Under the pieces are notes generated by a model. The model did not search any database and was not told the origin of the DNA. It saw only the letters and a program-made list of their open reading frames with translations. A stretch of DNA of 64,000 nucleotides from Eledone cirrhosa (Eukaryota), in contig OZ024743.1 in assembly GCA_964016885.1 (NCBI GenBank), forward strand, positions 324,756,001-324,820,000. The letters run 5' to 3'. Below, one piece after another: positions 24,843-39,147 of the stretch. Every line of letters begins with the position of its first letter. Position 1 is the stretch's first letter. The translations under genes were made by a program, and so were the position numbers.

Positions 24843-24851
<9 letters not shown>

Positions 24852-25090
24852 TATATATATAGTGTATTTTGCAATACACTGTATGCTTAATTAAAAGTAT
24901 TTCGAAGACCTTATGCTATTGTTTTAGACTAGTGACAGACTCACTTACTTTAATTTTCAGCAAACTGGGGGAGATAAAGCTGACAAGGCCTTGTTTCGCA
25001 TTTATTGATGCTTATCAAAGCCATCTTCGAAATGCTTTTAATTAAGCATACAGTGTATTGCAAAATACACTATATATACATTCATATATA
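24843..25090. repeat. Fold-back with about 66-bp arms; decayed hammerhead in the spacer (24978-25022, minus)
   Basis: Arms 24843-24908 and 25024-25090 are reverse complements. Minus-strand spacer reads GGCT-TTGATAA-GCAT caataa ATGC-GAAA-CAAGGCCTTG-TC-AGCT. Confidence 0.75.
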
Positions 25091-25307
25091 TATAGCTATT
25101 TCAGAGCACCAATTCTAATTTTCAATTTCTGCTTGACCGGCAACCGCTCTGTATAATCAGTTCCTGATTATTTACTAGAATTCTATAAGAATCAAACATC
25201 CATGATTTCAGCAAACAGGAGGAGTGTGTAAAGATAGAAGGCAGGGGCGGGAAGGCCACTAGAAATAGCAGCAGTTAAAACGACCAAAATGTTATCTCGA
25301 ATATATA

Positions 25308-25343
<36 letters not shown>

Positions 25344-25414
25344 TGTATGTATGTATGAATGTATGTATGTATGTATGTATGTATGTATGTATGTATGTAT
25401 GTATGTATGTATGT

Positions 25415-25997
25415 ACATGTATCCCAGTACAACCTGTCTCATGGTCGGGTCGTTGACAACTAAACTGGCAACCCCACCAAGGTTTCTTGGTGAGGAGGGT
25501 GACTTTGGACATCCTGCAGGACTAAAAACAAAACCTGTCAAAGGGCAAAGGAGCTCTTAAGAGTCAATGGCCATCCAAAATCACCGGGAGAGATGACCCC
25601 CTTAGCCTTTGTCACGGCAGAATTCTAGGAGAAGCAAAACTCTGATATAACACCTGCAACCCTGATGGTATTCAATGATGTTGACTTGTTCTTCTTTTTG
25701 GTAAATATCATCTTGGTTAAGAGAGTGGGACTGGCTTTGTGCAGTGCCTTTGCTCACTATAAAGGCTTCACCGCACAGGCATTGCTTTGTATCTGGAGAT
25801 CTCTCTGCACTTGTCGTCACATGGTACCATGGGCCCAGCACTATGTGTCAATATTTGTCACAAGTGTAGTGTTTGTACCAGAGTTTTCAAGTCGCTGGCT
25901 GGACTAAAAATTCACACTCGTTCAGCGCATCAGTAGGGGTTCTCCTACATGGGTATAAAGTAGTGGCCGTACTCGAAAACAAGTTGGCAGCCACCAT
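25415..25997 (+). mobile_element. Non-autonomous RTE-derived element, copy 2
   Basis: Near-identical to 23347-23925; flanked by (TATG)n. Confidence 0.8.
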
Positions 25998-26018
25998 GTA
26001 TGTATGTATGTTTGTATG

Positions 26019-26045
<27 letters not shown>

Positions 26046-26050
<5 letters not shown>

Positions 26051-26258
26051 AGGTAAACAGAAATAACAACACAATCGGTACAGTATATGGAAGGGATATA
26101 TTAGGTTAACGCTTGATATAGTAGGGAAAGGGTCTTAACGTTTCGGACGCTTGTCATTCATCAGAAGAAATAATGAGAAATAAGATAGATTGGGGGGACG
26201 GGCGGGTTGGAATTGGAAGAAAATGTCTTTAGATAAAAATAACAGGTCCATTCATGTT

Positions 26259-26262
<4 letters not shown>
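26046..26262 (-). mobile_element. Hammerhead repeat family H1, copy 2 (ribozyme motif 26133-26168)
   Basis: Minus strand reads TCTT-CTGATGA-A-TGAC aagc GTCC-GAAA-CG-TT-AAGA. Confidence 0.8.
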
Positions 26263-26294
<32 letters not shown>

Positions 26295-26502
26295 TACGCA
26301 CGTGTACATATCTACACGGCATATAAATATATACACACTATTGGATGGCCGTTAACTCTCCTGTGCACACACACACAAAACGTGCGCATGCAAACGTACA
26401 TTTGAATGTGCATGCTTATCTGTGTGTGCGTGTACGTGTGTACATGCGTATCTCTGTGTGTGTATGTGTGCATGCGTATCTGTGTGTGTGTGTGGATGCG
26501 TA

Positions 26503-26544
<42 letters not shown>

Positions 26545-26674
26545 TGTGTGTATCTATGAGTGTGTGCTTGCGTATCTCTGTGTGTGTGCATGCGTATCTG
26601 TGTGTGTGTGTGCATGTGTATCTGTGAGTGTGTGCTTGCGTATCTGTGTGTGTGTGTGTGTGTGTGCATGCGTA

Positions 26675-26741
<67 letters not shown>

Positions 26742-27604
26742 ATGTGTATCTGTGAGTGTGTGCTTGCGTATCTGTGTGTGTGTGTTGACTGATATTTGGA
26801 TACATTAGTCGATGTGTTTTTGTAGAAGATATGAACGAATCTCTTCAGGATAAAATTCTGAGTGCTCGTTATGTCGGCGTATCTTTCAAATATGTTCACA
26901 CAACACGTAAAGACTCTGTTGAGATAAACTAACGAACATTTCATGTCCTCTGATATATCTGATACTCTAGTTTCACACCTTTATTTATATAGCTTCTTAG
27001 CCTTATTCATTTTAGGAATGTTGTTGTTGTTGTTGTTGTGGTTATTTAGCCCAATGTCAGTTCCGATGAGGTAGGCCTATGATCAAAGCTATGTCAACCG
27101 TGATCGTCTCACCTTCTTTTCGGGAAGTTTATGCATAACTGCATTCTGTAATTGTGGATGCATCATTGGGTCTCGGGTTCGATCTCAATAGGTTATCGTA
27201 AATGACTCTTGTTCAAGATGCCTCACACTAGGATCTTTCCCGGGACCTAAAGATTGTGGAGCGAACTCTTTAGCCATCCTGTATCCCTGCATTCTACTAA
27301 TTACAAAAAGTTACACAAAATATTTGGGGGGGGGGGTTGGGGGGGGGGGGGGTATTAGTTCTATTTTAGTTACTACTGTACACCAATATATACTTTACAG
27401 ACTCGACCGCTGACAGAATATACATCCAATCTTGATATTTAGTTAGTTAGTTGCCTATTTTTTAAAATCATGTTATGTGTGTGTGGAAGCATTTCTGAAA
27501 TGGGGAAAGGGTGGTAATCAATTTAGTATTTAGTAGTAGTGATTAGTTTAGCTCTTTACACTTTAAAATTATCAAAAATCTTCAATACGCGATAAACATT
27601 ATTT

Positions 27605-28205
27605 GTACATAAATTGTAGTGATATCCAAAACACGCACTTGTACAAGGAACTCTCTTCCAATACCCCTCTCTATATCAATTAACACCAAACTCTCCCCTC
27701 TCTATATCTACTACACGGAACTCTCTTCCAATATATCAATTAATACGAAACTCTCCCCCTCTCTGTATCTACTACATGACACTCTCTTTCAATACCCCTC
27801 TCTATATCTATTAACACCAAACTCTCCCCCTCTCTATATCTACTACACGGAACTCTCTTCCAATGCCCCTTTATATATAAATTAACACCAAACTATCCCC
27901 CTCTCCATATCTATTACACAGAACTCTCTTCCAATCCCCCTTTCTATATTAGTAAACTCCAATCTCTTCCCCTTCTCTATATCTAATATACAACACACTC
28001 TCCCAACCTTCCTCTCTATATCAATTATCACCAAACACTCCCCCTCTCTTTATCTATATCTATTTCCCGCATCTATCTCTACATTAACATGTACTTAGAT
28101 TGTAGTGCATATACAAATAGTAGTGAGTTTGGGTAGTTTGGGGAGAAAAATTATTGGGGAAGGGGGTTTGTGTCCCCCCCCCCCCCCAATTCCACCACCC
28201 TTGGT
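27605..28205 (+). repeat. C-rich degenerate minisatellite-containing dispersed repeat (second copy at 44660-45453)
   Basis: Roughly 30-bp subunits such as CTCTCTATATCTACTACACGGAACTCTCTTCCAA; shared 3' part GGTAGTTTGGGGAGAAAA...CCCCCA.TTCCACCAC. Confidence 0.75.
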
Positions 28206-28490
28206 GTGTGTGTATGTGTGTGTGGTCACATCAAATTCTATGTGTACCTGTTATGGCTTAATTGTCATAAGTTATTGATTTGTCTTGTCTTTTACTCCAT
28301 GGACGGCGCTTTGCCTTGTGTCAGACGCTATGAACCGGGTGGAGCATCAATACCGTTGGTGGCGGTCGAAACTGCCAGGAGTCCATCTCGACGGCTGAAA
28401 ACGCTAGACTTTTGTCTTTCATTTGTATTTTTATTTTCAAAATGTTTTTTTTTTCGTTATGCCTTGTTTTCGTTCTTTGTCTTTTCTTTG

Positions 28491-28535
<45 letters not shown>

Positions 28536-28666
28536 AAAGGTAAACAGAAATAACAACACAATCGGTACAGCATATGGAAGGGATATATTAGGTTAACGCT
28601 TGATATAGCAGGAAGAGGGGATAGATTGAGGGGACGGGTGGGTTGGAAATATATATATATATATAC

Positions 28667-28904
28667 AATAATTACAACAGTGACATAAAGAGGTAATCAA
28701 GTTTCGTTGGGTTGTGGGCCCCAACTCATTCAGCCTGTCATGAGAAAAAATAAAACAAAAATGGCGCCCCATCTTTGTTTTTATTTTGTTTTTATTTTTG
28801 GTTTATTTTTATTTGTTTTTAATTTTCTCATGACAGGCTGATTGGATTGGGGCCCAGAACCCAACGAAACTTGAGTACCTGTTTATGTCACTGTTGTAAT
28901 TATT
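28667..28904. mobile_element. Head-to-head fold-back made of two hammerhead-bearing arms (28691-28738 minus; 28833-28882 plus)
   Basis: Consensus of the two arms: ACAGG-CTGAATGA-GTTGGG gcccagaa CCCAAC-GAAA-CT tg AG-TA-CCTGT. Confidence 0.8.
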
Positions 28905-29026
28905 TATACTAAACTCGTCCTATGGACTGAGTGCCCTTACTTTTGGATATTTCCACTTAACCTTTATTTCAGTATATATAAATATATATATACAAAGCTT
29001 TGGGGTTTCCTTTATATATATATATA

Positions 29027-30165
<1,139 letters not shown>

Positions 30166-30745
30166 ATATATATATATATACTCACACACACACACACAAA
30201 TATACGTGGTCCTTGCTAGAACATCATTCTAGGAAAAGGAAAGATTTGTTGTAAAACTAGCGACTCGATGGTGTTGGCCTGTTCTGCTTCGATAACTGTC
30301 GCCATTGTTCAGAGAGTAGGTTTGGTTCAGTGCAAGGCCTTTCTTCACTTCAGAAGGCTTCAAGTAACAGGCATCACTTGATCTAAAAGCCTTTTATGTG
30401 TGTTGAATGGGCATGGCTAGCCGCAGCCGAAAATGGTTTATTTATTTTTTTCACACTGAATCATGTGTATAGAGCAATATAAATGTTCGGCAGAGCTAAA
30501 ACGTTTGTTTATGCCACCCATGTGTGAGAAGAGGATCAAGTGATGGCAATTCTCGAAATCGAGATGCAGCCATTATGTATGTATGTAAGTATGTATGTAT
30601 GCATGTATGTATGTATGTATGTATGGATGTATGTATGTATGTATGTATGTAAGCATGTATGTATGTAGGTATGTATGTATGTATGTATGTATGTATGTAT
30701 GTATGTATGTATGTATGTATGTATGTATGTACATACATACATACA

Positions 30746-30779
<34 letters not shown>

Positions 30780-30804
30780 CATACATACATACATACATAC
30801 ATAT

Positions 30805-31187
30805 GTCAAGGCAGAATTCTAGGAGAAGGAAAACTCTGATATAACACTTGCAACCCTGATGGTATCCAATGATGTTGACTTGTTCTTCTTTTTGGTAAAT
30901 ATCATCTTGGTTAAGAGAGTGGGACTGGCTTTGTACAGTGCCTTTGCTCACTATAAAGGCTTCACGGCACAGGCATTGCTTTGTATCTGGAGATCTCTCT
31001 GCACTTGTCGTCACATGGTACCATGGGCCCAGCACTATGTGTCAATAATTGTCACAAGTGTAGTGTTTGTACCAGAGTTTTCAAGTCGCTGGCTGGACTA
31101 AAAAGTCACACTCGTTCAGCGCATCAGTAGAGGTTCTCCTACATGGGTATAAAGTAGTGGCCGTACTCGAAAAGTTGGCAGCCACCA
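30805..31187 (+). mobile_element. Non-autonomous RTE-derived element, 5'-truncated copy 3
   Basis: Near-identical to 23540-23925; (ATGT)n tail. Confidence 0.8.
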
Positions 31188-31385
31188 TGTATGTATGTAT
31201 GTATGTATGTATGTATGTATGTATGTATGTATGTATGAATGTATGTATGTATGTATGTATGAATGTATGTAAGTATGTATGTATGAATGTATGTATGAAT
31301 GTATGTATGTATGTAAGTATGTATGAATGTATGTATGTATATATGTATGTATGCATGTATGTAAGTATGTATGAATGTATGTATG

Positions 31386-31416
<31 letters not shown>

Positions 31417-31595
31417 GTAAGTATGTAAGTAAGTATGTATGTATGAATGTATGTATGTATGTTTGCGATTTATCTGGAGCGAAAGAAAATAAAATGGAGA
31501 AAAATAGCGATGGCGTTGGAGAAACAATAGATAAGAAGGGGGGAAAAATCAAGGAAAAATAAAAAAAAAGGAAAGAAAGAAAGATAGAAAGAAAA

Positions 31596-31635
<40 letters not shown>

Positions 31636-32119
31636 AATAAATAAAGAAAGAAAGAACGGTAATCTGACAAAAAACCGCCAGAAGAGAAATTTGGAGCAAG
31701 TTTTTCCGGCAGCAGATAATAATAAAAGTATGTAGAACAGACAGAGATGTAATAAGTATTTGGAACAAAAGAGGGGACTTCAGAGAAACAGAAAATACCA
31801 TGATAAATGGAACACCTCTACCCCACCTCTACCACCCTCACACACACCAAAAATAAAACAAAACAAGTATCAAAAACAAGCAAAACAACAACAAATATAA
31901 ACAGTGAAAGGATGTTTTTTTCATCATGAAATTTGCTGTTTTGTTCTAAAGTTGTTATTAGTGCTGGTGTTGTTGTTGCTGAAGTTATTGCATTCTGCTA
32001 TTTCTGTTGTTGTTGTTGTTGCTGTTTTTATTGTTGTTGTTGTAGTAGTTATTGTTTCTGCTGTTGGTGTTATTGATATTGTTATTGTTTTTGCACTTCT
32101 TCATTTTATTATTATCTTG

Positions 32120-32317
32120 GATTGGCAGTATCAGTAGAGGGTCGGACACCATGCTTTGCAGCATAGTTACGTCCCTTTACGATCTGAGTTCAAATCCCGT
32201 CGAGGTTAACTTTACCTTTCATCCTTACGGGGTCAATAAAATAAACTACCAGTAATGTACTGGTAAATTGCTGGCCTTGTGCCAAAAGTAGAAACAATTA
32301 TTATTATTATTATTATT
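32120..32317 (+). mobile_element. OR-like/Meta SINE (short subtype), followed by a (AGT/AGC)n tract to 32558
   Basis: GAGTTCAAATCC B-box, family core and (ATT)n tail. Confidence 0.8.
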
Positions 32318-32519
32318 AGTAGTAGTAGTAGTAGTAGTAGCAATAGTAGTAACATCAGCAATAGCAGTGGTAGTAGTAGTAGTAGTAGTAGTAGCATCAG
32401 CAGCAGTAGCAGCAACAGCACCACAACCACCAGTAGTAGTAGTAGTAGTAGTAGTAGCAGCAGTAGCAGCAGCAGCACCACCACCACCACCACCAGTAGT
32501 AGTAGTAGTAGTAGTAGTT

Positions 32520-32558
<39 letters not shown>

Positions 32559-32845
32559 TGCGCCATTGTAGTACCAATTTCAAATAATGATGAGTGAAAG
32601 GAATTTCATTTTGTTCTTGCCGCATCAACTTCCGGCTGTATTGTCCACCATATTTTTTATCAAATTGAAAGAAAAGTAAAAGCGATAGTTTCCCTTCATC
32701 GGCTAACTTAATCGCTTATTATGATCTTTATTGGTTTCTTACATCTATCGAACTCTACATATAAACATACACACACACAAACCCTTTCTCTCTCTCTCTC
32801 TTCCTCTTTCTCTCCTTTTTTATCTTATATATGCATATAAATATT

Positions 32846-32943
<98 letters not shown>

Positions 32944-32985
32944 CATATATAAATACACACACTCACACACACACACACACACATA

Positions 32986-33054
<69 letters not shown>

Positions 33055-33056
<2 letters not shown>

Positions 33057-33132
33057 GGATAATGAGGGACAGAGACCGCTGGAGAGAACTCGTCCATGGA
33101 TCTCGGGAATTTTACCCGCCTTAGATAGAGAG
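33055..33132 (+). mobile_element. Tiny 3' end of an RTE-clade LINE
   Basis: [11 protein letters not shown] matches the terminal DR..WR motif of RTE ORFs; followed by a short TAGA tail. Confidence 0.55.
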
Positions 33133-33411
33133 ATATTCAGCAACGTATCAGTAAAAAATGCATTTTATAACCAACATGCGACAAAGAATCCCGTTCATAT
33201 TAAAACCAGAGTTGCGTCCCTTATCATGACCACATATGCGAAACCAAGTATCGAGTCCGTTGTCATAGAAATGACTCATGGGGCACAAAGACAAAAATAC
33301 ACAACTCTAGCGCAAATGTAACCTTGGAAATGACACTCTGAAAAGCTAATCGTAACTGAAACAAGTCAGTACAAAAACAAATGAGATAACCGTGATTCTT
33401 TCTTCAAACCT

Positions 33412-34245
33412 CCAGTGGTTAGTTTGCTAGAATTGCGATCGTAAAGCCGTGAGTTCAATACTAAAACTGTTGTACCCTTAAGCAAGACACTATATTTTAC
33501 GTCTCTCCAGTCGTTGTGCTTGAAATTCCAAGGACCAGCCTTATTAAACACTGAGCCACGTTGAAAGTCCCTCAGAATTACGTTAATGACAACGTGTCTG
33601 TGGAATGGTCAGCCACGTGTACGCTAATTTCTTGGGCAGGTTCTTCCAGTGATAGAACAACTGGACATTCATCGTGGAAACCAACGTATGTTCAACAATT
33701 TACTAGAAGGAGGTTTGTTTTCCATATTTTTTATCGCTGAAAAATTTACGGCCGTGACCTGCAACTGAGTAGGACTTGGTAGAATGTACTGTGCTTTTGT
33801 TAAGTGTTTTAGGTACCCATGCAATCACGAACAAACGCAGACACCTTCCCGACTCTCTCGTTGCGGGACATGTTATAGCTTGAGTGTAAATATATTTAAA
33901 CTAAAACGACTTATAGCTTAAATAGTGAACGCAGTTCTCTCCCCAATCATTAGGCTCCGAATTCGATCCCACAGTGATATTTATCATTTACCATAGTTTT
34001 GGATCGACTCCTACCTTGTGAGTAGAATTGGGTAGACGGAAACTGTTTGGAAGCCTGTCAGATGGACTGTACCTGTAACTCAAACGACCAGCCTTGCCAT
34101 ACACTATCACGCTGAATTTCCCTGTGATTTACGTTGAGGGTACACGTCTTTGTGGAATGCTCAGCTACTTATACGTTAATTTCGTGAGCAAATGGTTCAG
34201 TTTATCGAACAACTGAAACATTCATCGTTGAAAGTGACGGAATTT
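33412..34245 (+). mobile_element. Two old tRNA-derived SINE copies (33412-33695 and 33915-34245)
   Basis: B-box-like GAGTTCAATAC and ATTCGATCC; CCCTTAAGCAAGACACT CORE-like motif in the first copy; 3' body shared with the 16058 copy. Confidence 0.6.
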
Positions 34246-34797
34246 CATCCCATAGGCTTAATAACTTGAATTGCTCCGATGTAACAATGGAGATTTTTTT
34301 TACCGTGAAGTTTTATGGAATTTTATTAGAATAGCCCAATATTCGACAGTATAATAGCAATTTTATTAATGTTAATTTTAACCATTAACGTCAGAACCGA
34401 AATAATTATAAAAGAAAATTTAAATAAGATTCCAACTATCGCCATTCCGGCTACAAAATGGCGTAGACCATATTAGTGAAGCATAATTGGCGCCGACTTT
34501 GATTTAGAAGTTTAAATGAATTAGCCTACTTAAAATAGATGATCATTTTTTCTTAATTTTGGGATAATATCTATTTGTTTTTCTTTAAACTTTTAAGACA
34601 AAATCTTTCTGGAAGAATTTCTACAAAGCAAATTGCTTCCAATTAATTGAACTGATGCCAAAACTGAGCAAATACTCACACATGTATATGTGAGTGTGTG
34701 CCTGTGTTTGAAGTGTGTGTGTGTGTATTTCCTTGTTTAAATATATGAATATATATAGAGAAGAGGGAGGAGGTTTATATATATATGTATGTATATA

Positions 34798-34894
<97 letters not shown>

Positions 34895-35840
34895 GTATAT
34901 ATATATATATAAAAGAAAACTTTCGCTCTACATGGCTGAATATAATAAATGTAATCTGAGTTTTTCGAATATTAATAATAACATTCGATTCGTTTGCAAT
35001 TATGCAAACAAGCCTCAATTTTATAGCCATGTCAGTAGAATGAACCCTTCATTCTTGTTCTTGTGTTGGCATGTGAACAGAACTGCAGACACTACTATTT
35101 CTGGGTATCACCCTTCATCAGTGCAGCTTACTGTGCACCTGCCAAACTGTCAGAGCTAGTAAAAATATATGCTATTTTCAAGTTCTGTTGCAAACGAAAC
35201 GAATTGCACAAGAGCAAGAATGAAGGGTTCATTCAGTACACATTGAGACATAACAAAACAGCGAGAGACAAGTTATGCCCTCGGGCAAATTACACAAATA
35301 TAGAGTGCGCAACGGCTTAGCCAAGGGAGAAAAAAATATATAGAAAGAAGAGAAATAGTAAAACAGAAGAGAATAATAAGGATTATAGTCCAATGTGCAG
35401 ACAAAGAAGAAGGACACTGAGGCGTAGAAAGGGTAAGGGAGGAATATATATATATGAGATGTTGAAATACAAATACAGATTCGCTACAATGATAATAGCG
35501 TTAGAAAATCGGGTAAATTGCCCATATAATCACTTATTTTCTGTCTTTAAGTGTATTTTAACAGATTGTCTTGCCTTGTCTTTTTCTCCACTGACAGCGC
35601 TTTCGTTTGTGTCAGACACTGTGACCCCAATGGACCAGCAGTAACGTTGAGGGGGCTCTAAACTGCCAGAAGTCTATCTCGACGGCTTAAGACCTTGGAA
35701 TTCTGTGTCTTTTGTTTGTATTTATTTTTTCAAAAAAGATTTTTTGAAGGTTTCCCCTTAAAATCTTTTTTTTTTTCGTTTTGCTTTGTTTTCGTTCGTT
35801 GTCTTCTCTTTGTTAATTTTCCTAAGTTTATATATATACA

Positions 35841-36281
35841 TAATAATATATGTAGTAATAAACACAGTAAATCGGGTGTCTAAAATTACTAGGGTTGAAA
35901 TACCACGTTGGTTTGAGAAATTTAACCAGAAGCAAACGGAAAATACAGAATTGTGTTTGTAACAGATAATCCGTGGGCATCATCAGCGAGAGAATTAGAT
36001 TAAATGTGACAAGTACCTAGCGCTAAAAGCCACACGAATGAACATTTCACCTAATCTAATTCTCTCGCTGATGATGCCCACGGATTATCTGTTACAAACA
36101 CAATTCTCAGGGCGAAACAGATTAAATATCTAATCTGTCCGGGAGGTGTAATAGTTATTGAGACGGTCTGTATATTTTCTGTATTTTCCGTTTGCTTCTG
36201 GTTAAATTTTTCAAACCAACGTGGTATTTCAACCCTCGTAATTTTAGACAAGATTTACTGTTTGTTACTACATATATTATT
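35841..36281. mobile_element. Head-to-head fold-back element carrying a complete hammerhead in the right arm
   Basis: Left arm 35841-36003 is the reverse complement of 36052-36281, with about 70 bp deleted. Confidence 0.85.
36061..36146 (+). ncRNA. Complete canonical type I hammerhead ribozyme; predicted cleavage after GUC at 36139
   Basis: Stem I TCTCTCG/CGGGAGG; CTGATGA 36068-36074; T; stem II GCCC/GGGC with a 30-nt loop; GAAA 36114-36117; stem III ACAGATTA/TAATCTGT; GTC triplet. Confidence 0.88.
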
Positions 36282-36284
36282 ATA

Positions 36285-36447
36285 TAATTGTTTCTACTTT
36301 TAGCACAAGGCCAGCAATTACCAGTGTATTACTGGTACTTTATTTTATCGACCCCGTAAGGATGAAAGGCAAAGTTAACCTCGGCGGGATTTGAACTCAA
36401 ATCTTCAAAGCATGGCGCCCGACCCTCTACCGATACTGCCAATCCAC
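36285..36447 (-). mobile_element. OR-like/Meta SINE (short subtype)
   Basis: Family core and B-box present. Confidence 0.8.
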
Positions 36448-36546
36448 ATTATATAATGCTCAGTATTTATACTTTGAGCTTGTTAATTACAGGGTATCAA
36501 TAAGATTTATTAACTCTGCTTTTTATTTGTATATATATATATATAT

Positions 36547-36665
36547 CTGATGATATGGAATCGATTGTGCATTGGATGTCGAATGTTCTACTAACTATAT
36601 AATATAGATGCAGCGAGATCTAGGCAAATTGATGTCTATTGAAACGTACGTTAGAACCGAATAAA
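36547..36665 (+). ncRNA. Hammerhead motif with very long stem II, followed by AATAAA
   Basis: CTGATGA 36547-36553; ATGGA/TCTAT and ATCGATT/AATTGAT pairings; GAAA 36641-36644; palindromic AACGTACGTT. The 5' strand of stem I is replaced by (TA)n. Confidence 0.6.
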
Positions 36666-36789
36666 TCTCTTTTACTGCATCTTTCTGTTCTTTTTGATTC
36701 TTTACATATATATATATATATATGCAGATATATATGCGTGTGTGTTTGATGCTGACATGTCACCAGGCTATGCTGTTCGGAGCGTGCCT

Positions 36790-38030
36790 TAGAACATTCT
36801 GGATGGACACCCTAATTTCCATGGGAACTTTTTGACCATTTTCTTTGGTAACTTTTGTTTTGTCTTTTTTTTTTTAATTAACCGAAGAAGAATGTTTCTC
36901 TTCAGGCCTTCCACCTGGTCCACCGCACAACCTCTTTCACCATACCCACCAGGCTTAGGATAACTGCTCACCCTTCTCTGTTAAAGGGAAGCGGTGAGGC
37001 TATCTTCACAATAAACTTTGTCGATAACTGGATCCGTCCTACACGCAACAACAATTTTTCCATGTATACACGGTCAGCTATACACGGGCATTGAACGAGT
37101 GCGTGTAGAACAGTTTCGTTGCTCTGTAAAGTTTATTCGAACCGGTAATGCCCTCAGATAGCACTGTCAAGCCAGAGGCTTCTGGAAATTATACATAGTC
37201 CTTGAATTAAAAGTCCTCCGGAACAGACCAGCCAGTTTGTTCTCGTCAACACACGAGTCCTCCCCGAAAACATCGTCACACTTTCCTGCTACTAATCCTA
37301 TATAGATTACAAATGTGAATATCCACTGATTGCAATGCCCCACTGGTAGAAGGCTGTAAACGCCTGACAACATTCTAGGGGCCAGTCATCCTGCCTTAGT
37401 CTTTTCTTCACTTATGACTGCAACTCCTCCAGGAAAATGAGCTACGGAAACGTGCCGAAATCTCTGCGTGGTGGGTTTCGGCAAGAGACCAATGGGACAC
37501 GGCCGTTCCACAAGAAGAAAAAGAGCAGACGCTTCAGTCTAGTCCCACGAAGACAAGGGCAAGGCTTGACGGTCAGCCGGTAAAGGATGACGAAGTCAAT
37601 GTAAGCATTCACCCCATTTTCCCGACCTTTCAAGGATAGCTTCCAATCGGCTCATTTTTTTAGTTAGGCCTGTCACAATGCTCGTAACTTCATTTCAGTT
37701 CCTGTTCTCCTAGAAGTCCAAACGGAACCACATCCCAAGTAGTTTAACCGGTCCTTGTGGCCACTACTCCAAAAATGTCTGACGGCATGAACTTGTATTT
37801 CCGGGTGCCGAGCCGCTATCCCACTGACTCGACCGGGTTCATATTTCCTCCTACCACCGCCTCATATTCCTTTTGGGACGTGTCAATCATCTCCAATTCC
37901 ATGGTGTCTGACACCATCACGTTAACGTCACCCGCGTATGCTGACACTGCTCTCCCGTGTTTCAGTTCGAAAGGGATGCTACTCAACAGCTCTGAGAGCC
38001 AACACATACAAAAGAGGCGAGAGAAGACAT
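36790..38030 (-). mobile_element. Old, highly degenerate Tx1-like LINE 3' portion
   Basis: AVSAYAGDVNVMVS...EYEAVVG and DDVFGE..VDENKLAGLFRRTF...NFQK match ORF2 of copies A, B and C. Confidence 0.85.
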
Positions 38031-39147
38031 TCCTGACGAATCGAGCGCTCGATACGAAACGGCTCGAGCCTCACTGTCGCATATACGACCCAGGGTCTCT
38101 CGAATTGATGGTTGGGAAGGAAGGGAAAACTATGAGTTATGGAATATCCTCAAATTTGCATTAGGAAACCGTGCACCAAGATATCAAATTATCCCAACCC
38201 TGAACCACGTGGAGCTGTGAAACTGTGACATGTAATAGAGAAATGAAATAATCCATATGATTCTTGTAGCTAGTTTATCTCCAAGTCAGCTTTTATTGAA
38301 GACACTTGAGGAAAAGAGTTCCAGTCATGACCATGCCTTCATTACTTCAGGTATAATCTATCCAGAACTACATTATACAACGTATCTTTCTAAGACAGCA
38401 AAGTGTGATATAAGATTTGGGTTGCTATTTCTAGCAAGTCAACTATCGTATAGAGCAAGTGAGTAAAACCTCTCGGTAGCAGGTAGAATTTCGTCAGTAT
38501 TAAAACTTAAAACCACTTTTTGACGAAGTTTTGTAAAACTCATATGAAAATATATATTTTAAGCTTTAAGAGCGAACCACTACTTCAGTATAATTTACTG
38601 TTACCTTATCGCTAGGGACATTAATCATAAGTCAGAATACGTAGGAATTAATGGCGTAATAACTTTATTCTAGACAATGAATAATTGTCTCTTCCCTGCC
38701 TCTTAAAATCATTTTTGTGGTCATTCATTTTGCTTTATTAGGTATTGTTATTAGTGGTGAACATTTAATGTGAATTGAAGTTTTGTCTATGTTGTCAGTT
38801 GTATCATCACAAATTAATTGTAATAATCTAGAATACTGGCAACATTTACGCTTCATTTATCTATTTTTATTAAAGATTTTAAATCAATATTATAATGTTA
38901 GAAGCAATAAAAGAAAAAGATGTGCCGGCGAAAGTTCTTTGTTCAATGAAAAATTGACAGATAACTATGTTTTCGTAGAGTTAAATAGAAAATGAGTGCA
39001 TTTTATCTATAACGACTCAGTTACAGCAGATAAAAAGTATAGTCTTCAACGGGACTAACTGACGATCGATAAGGAGGAATATGAAAAACTAAAAGCTAGC
39101 ACTTTTAAAAGAATTTTAAGGCAAACAAAAATCTGTTTTCAAAAGAC

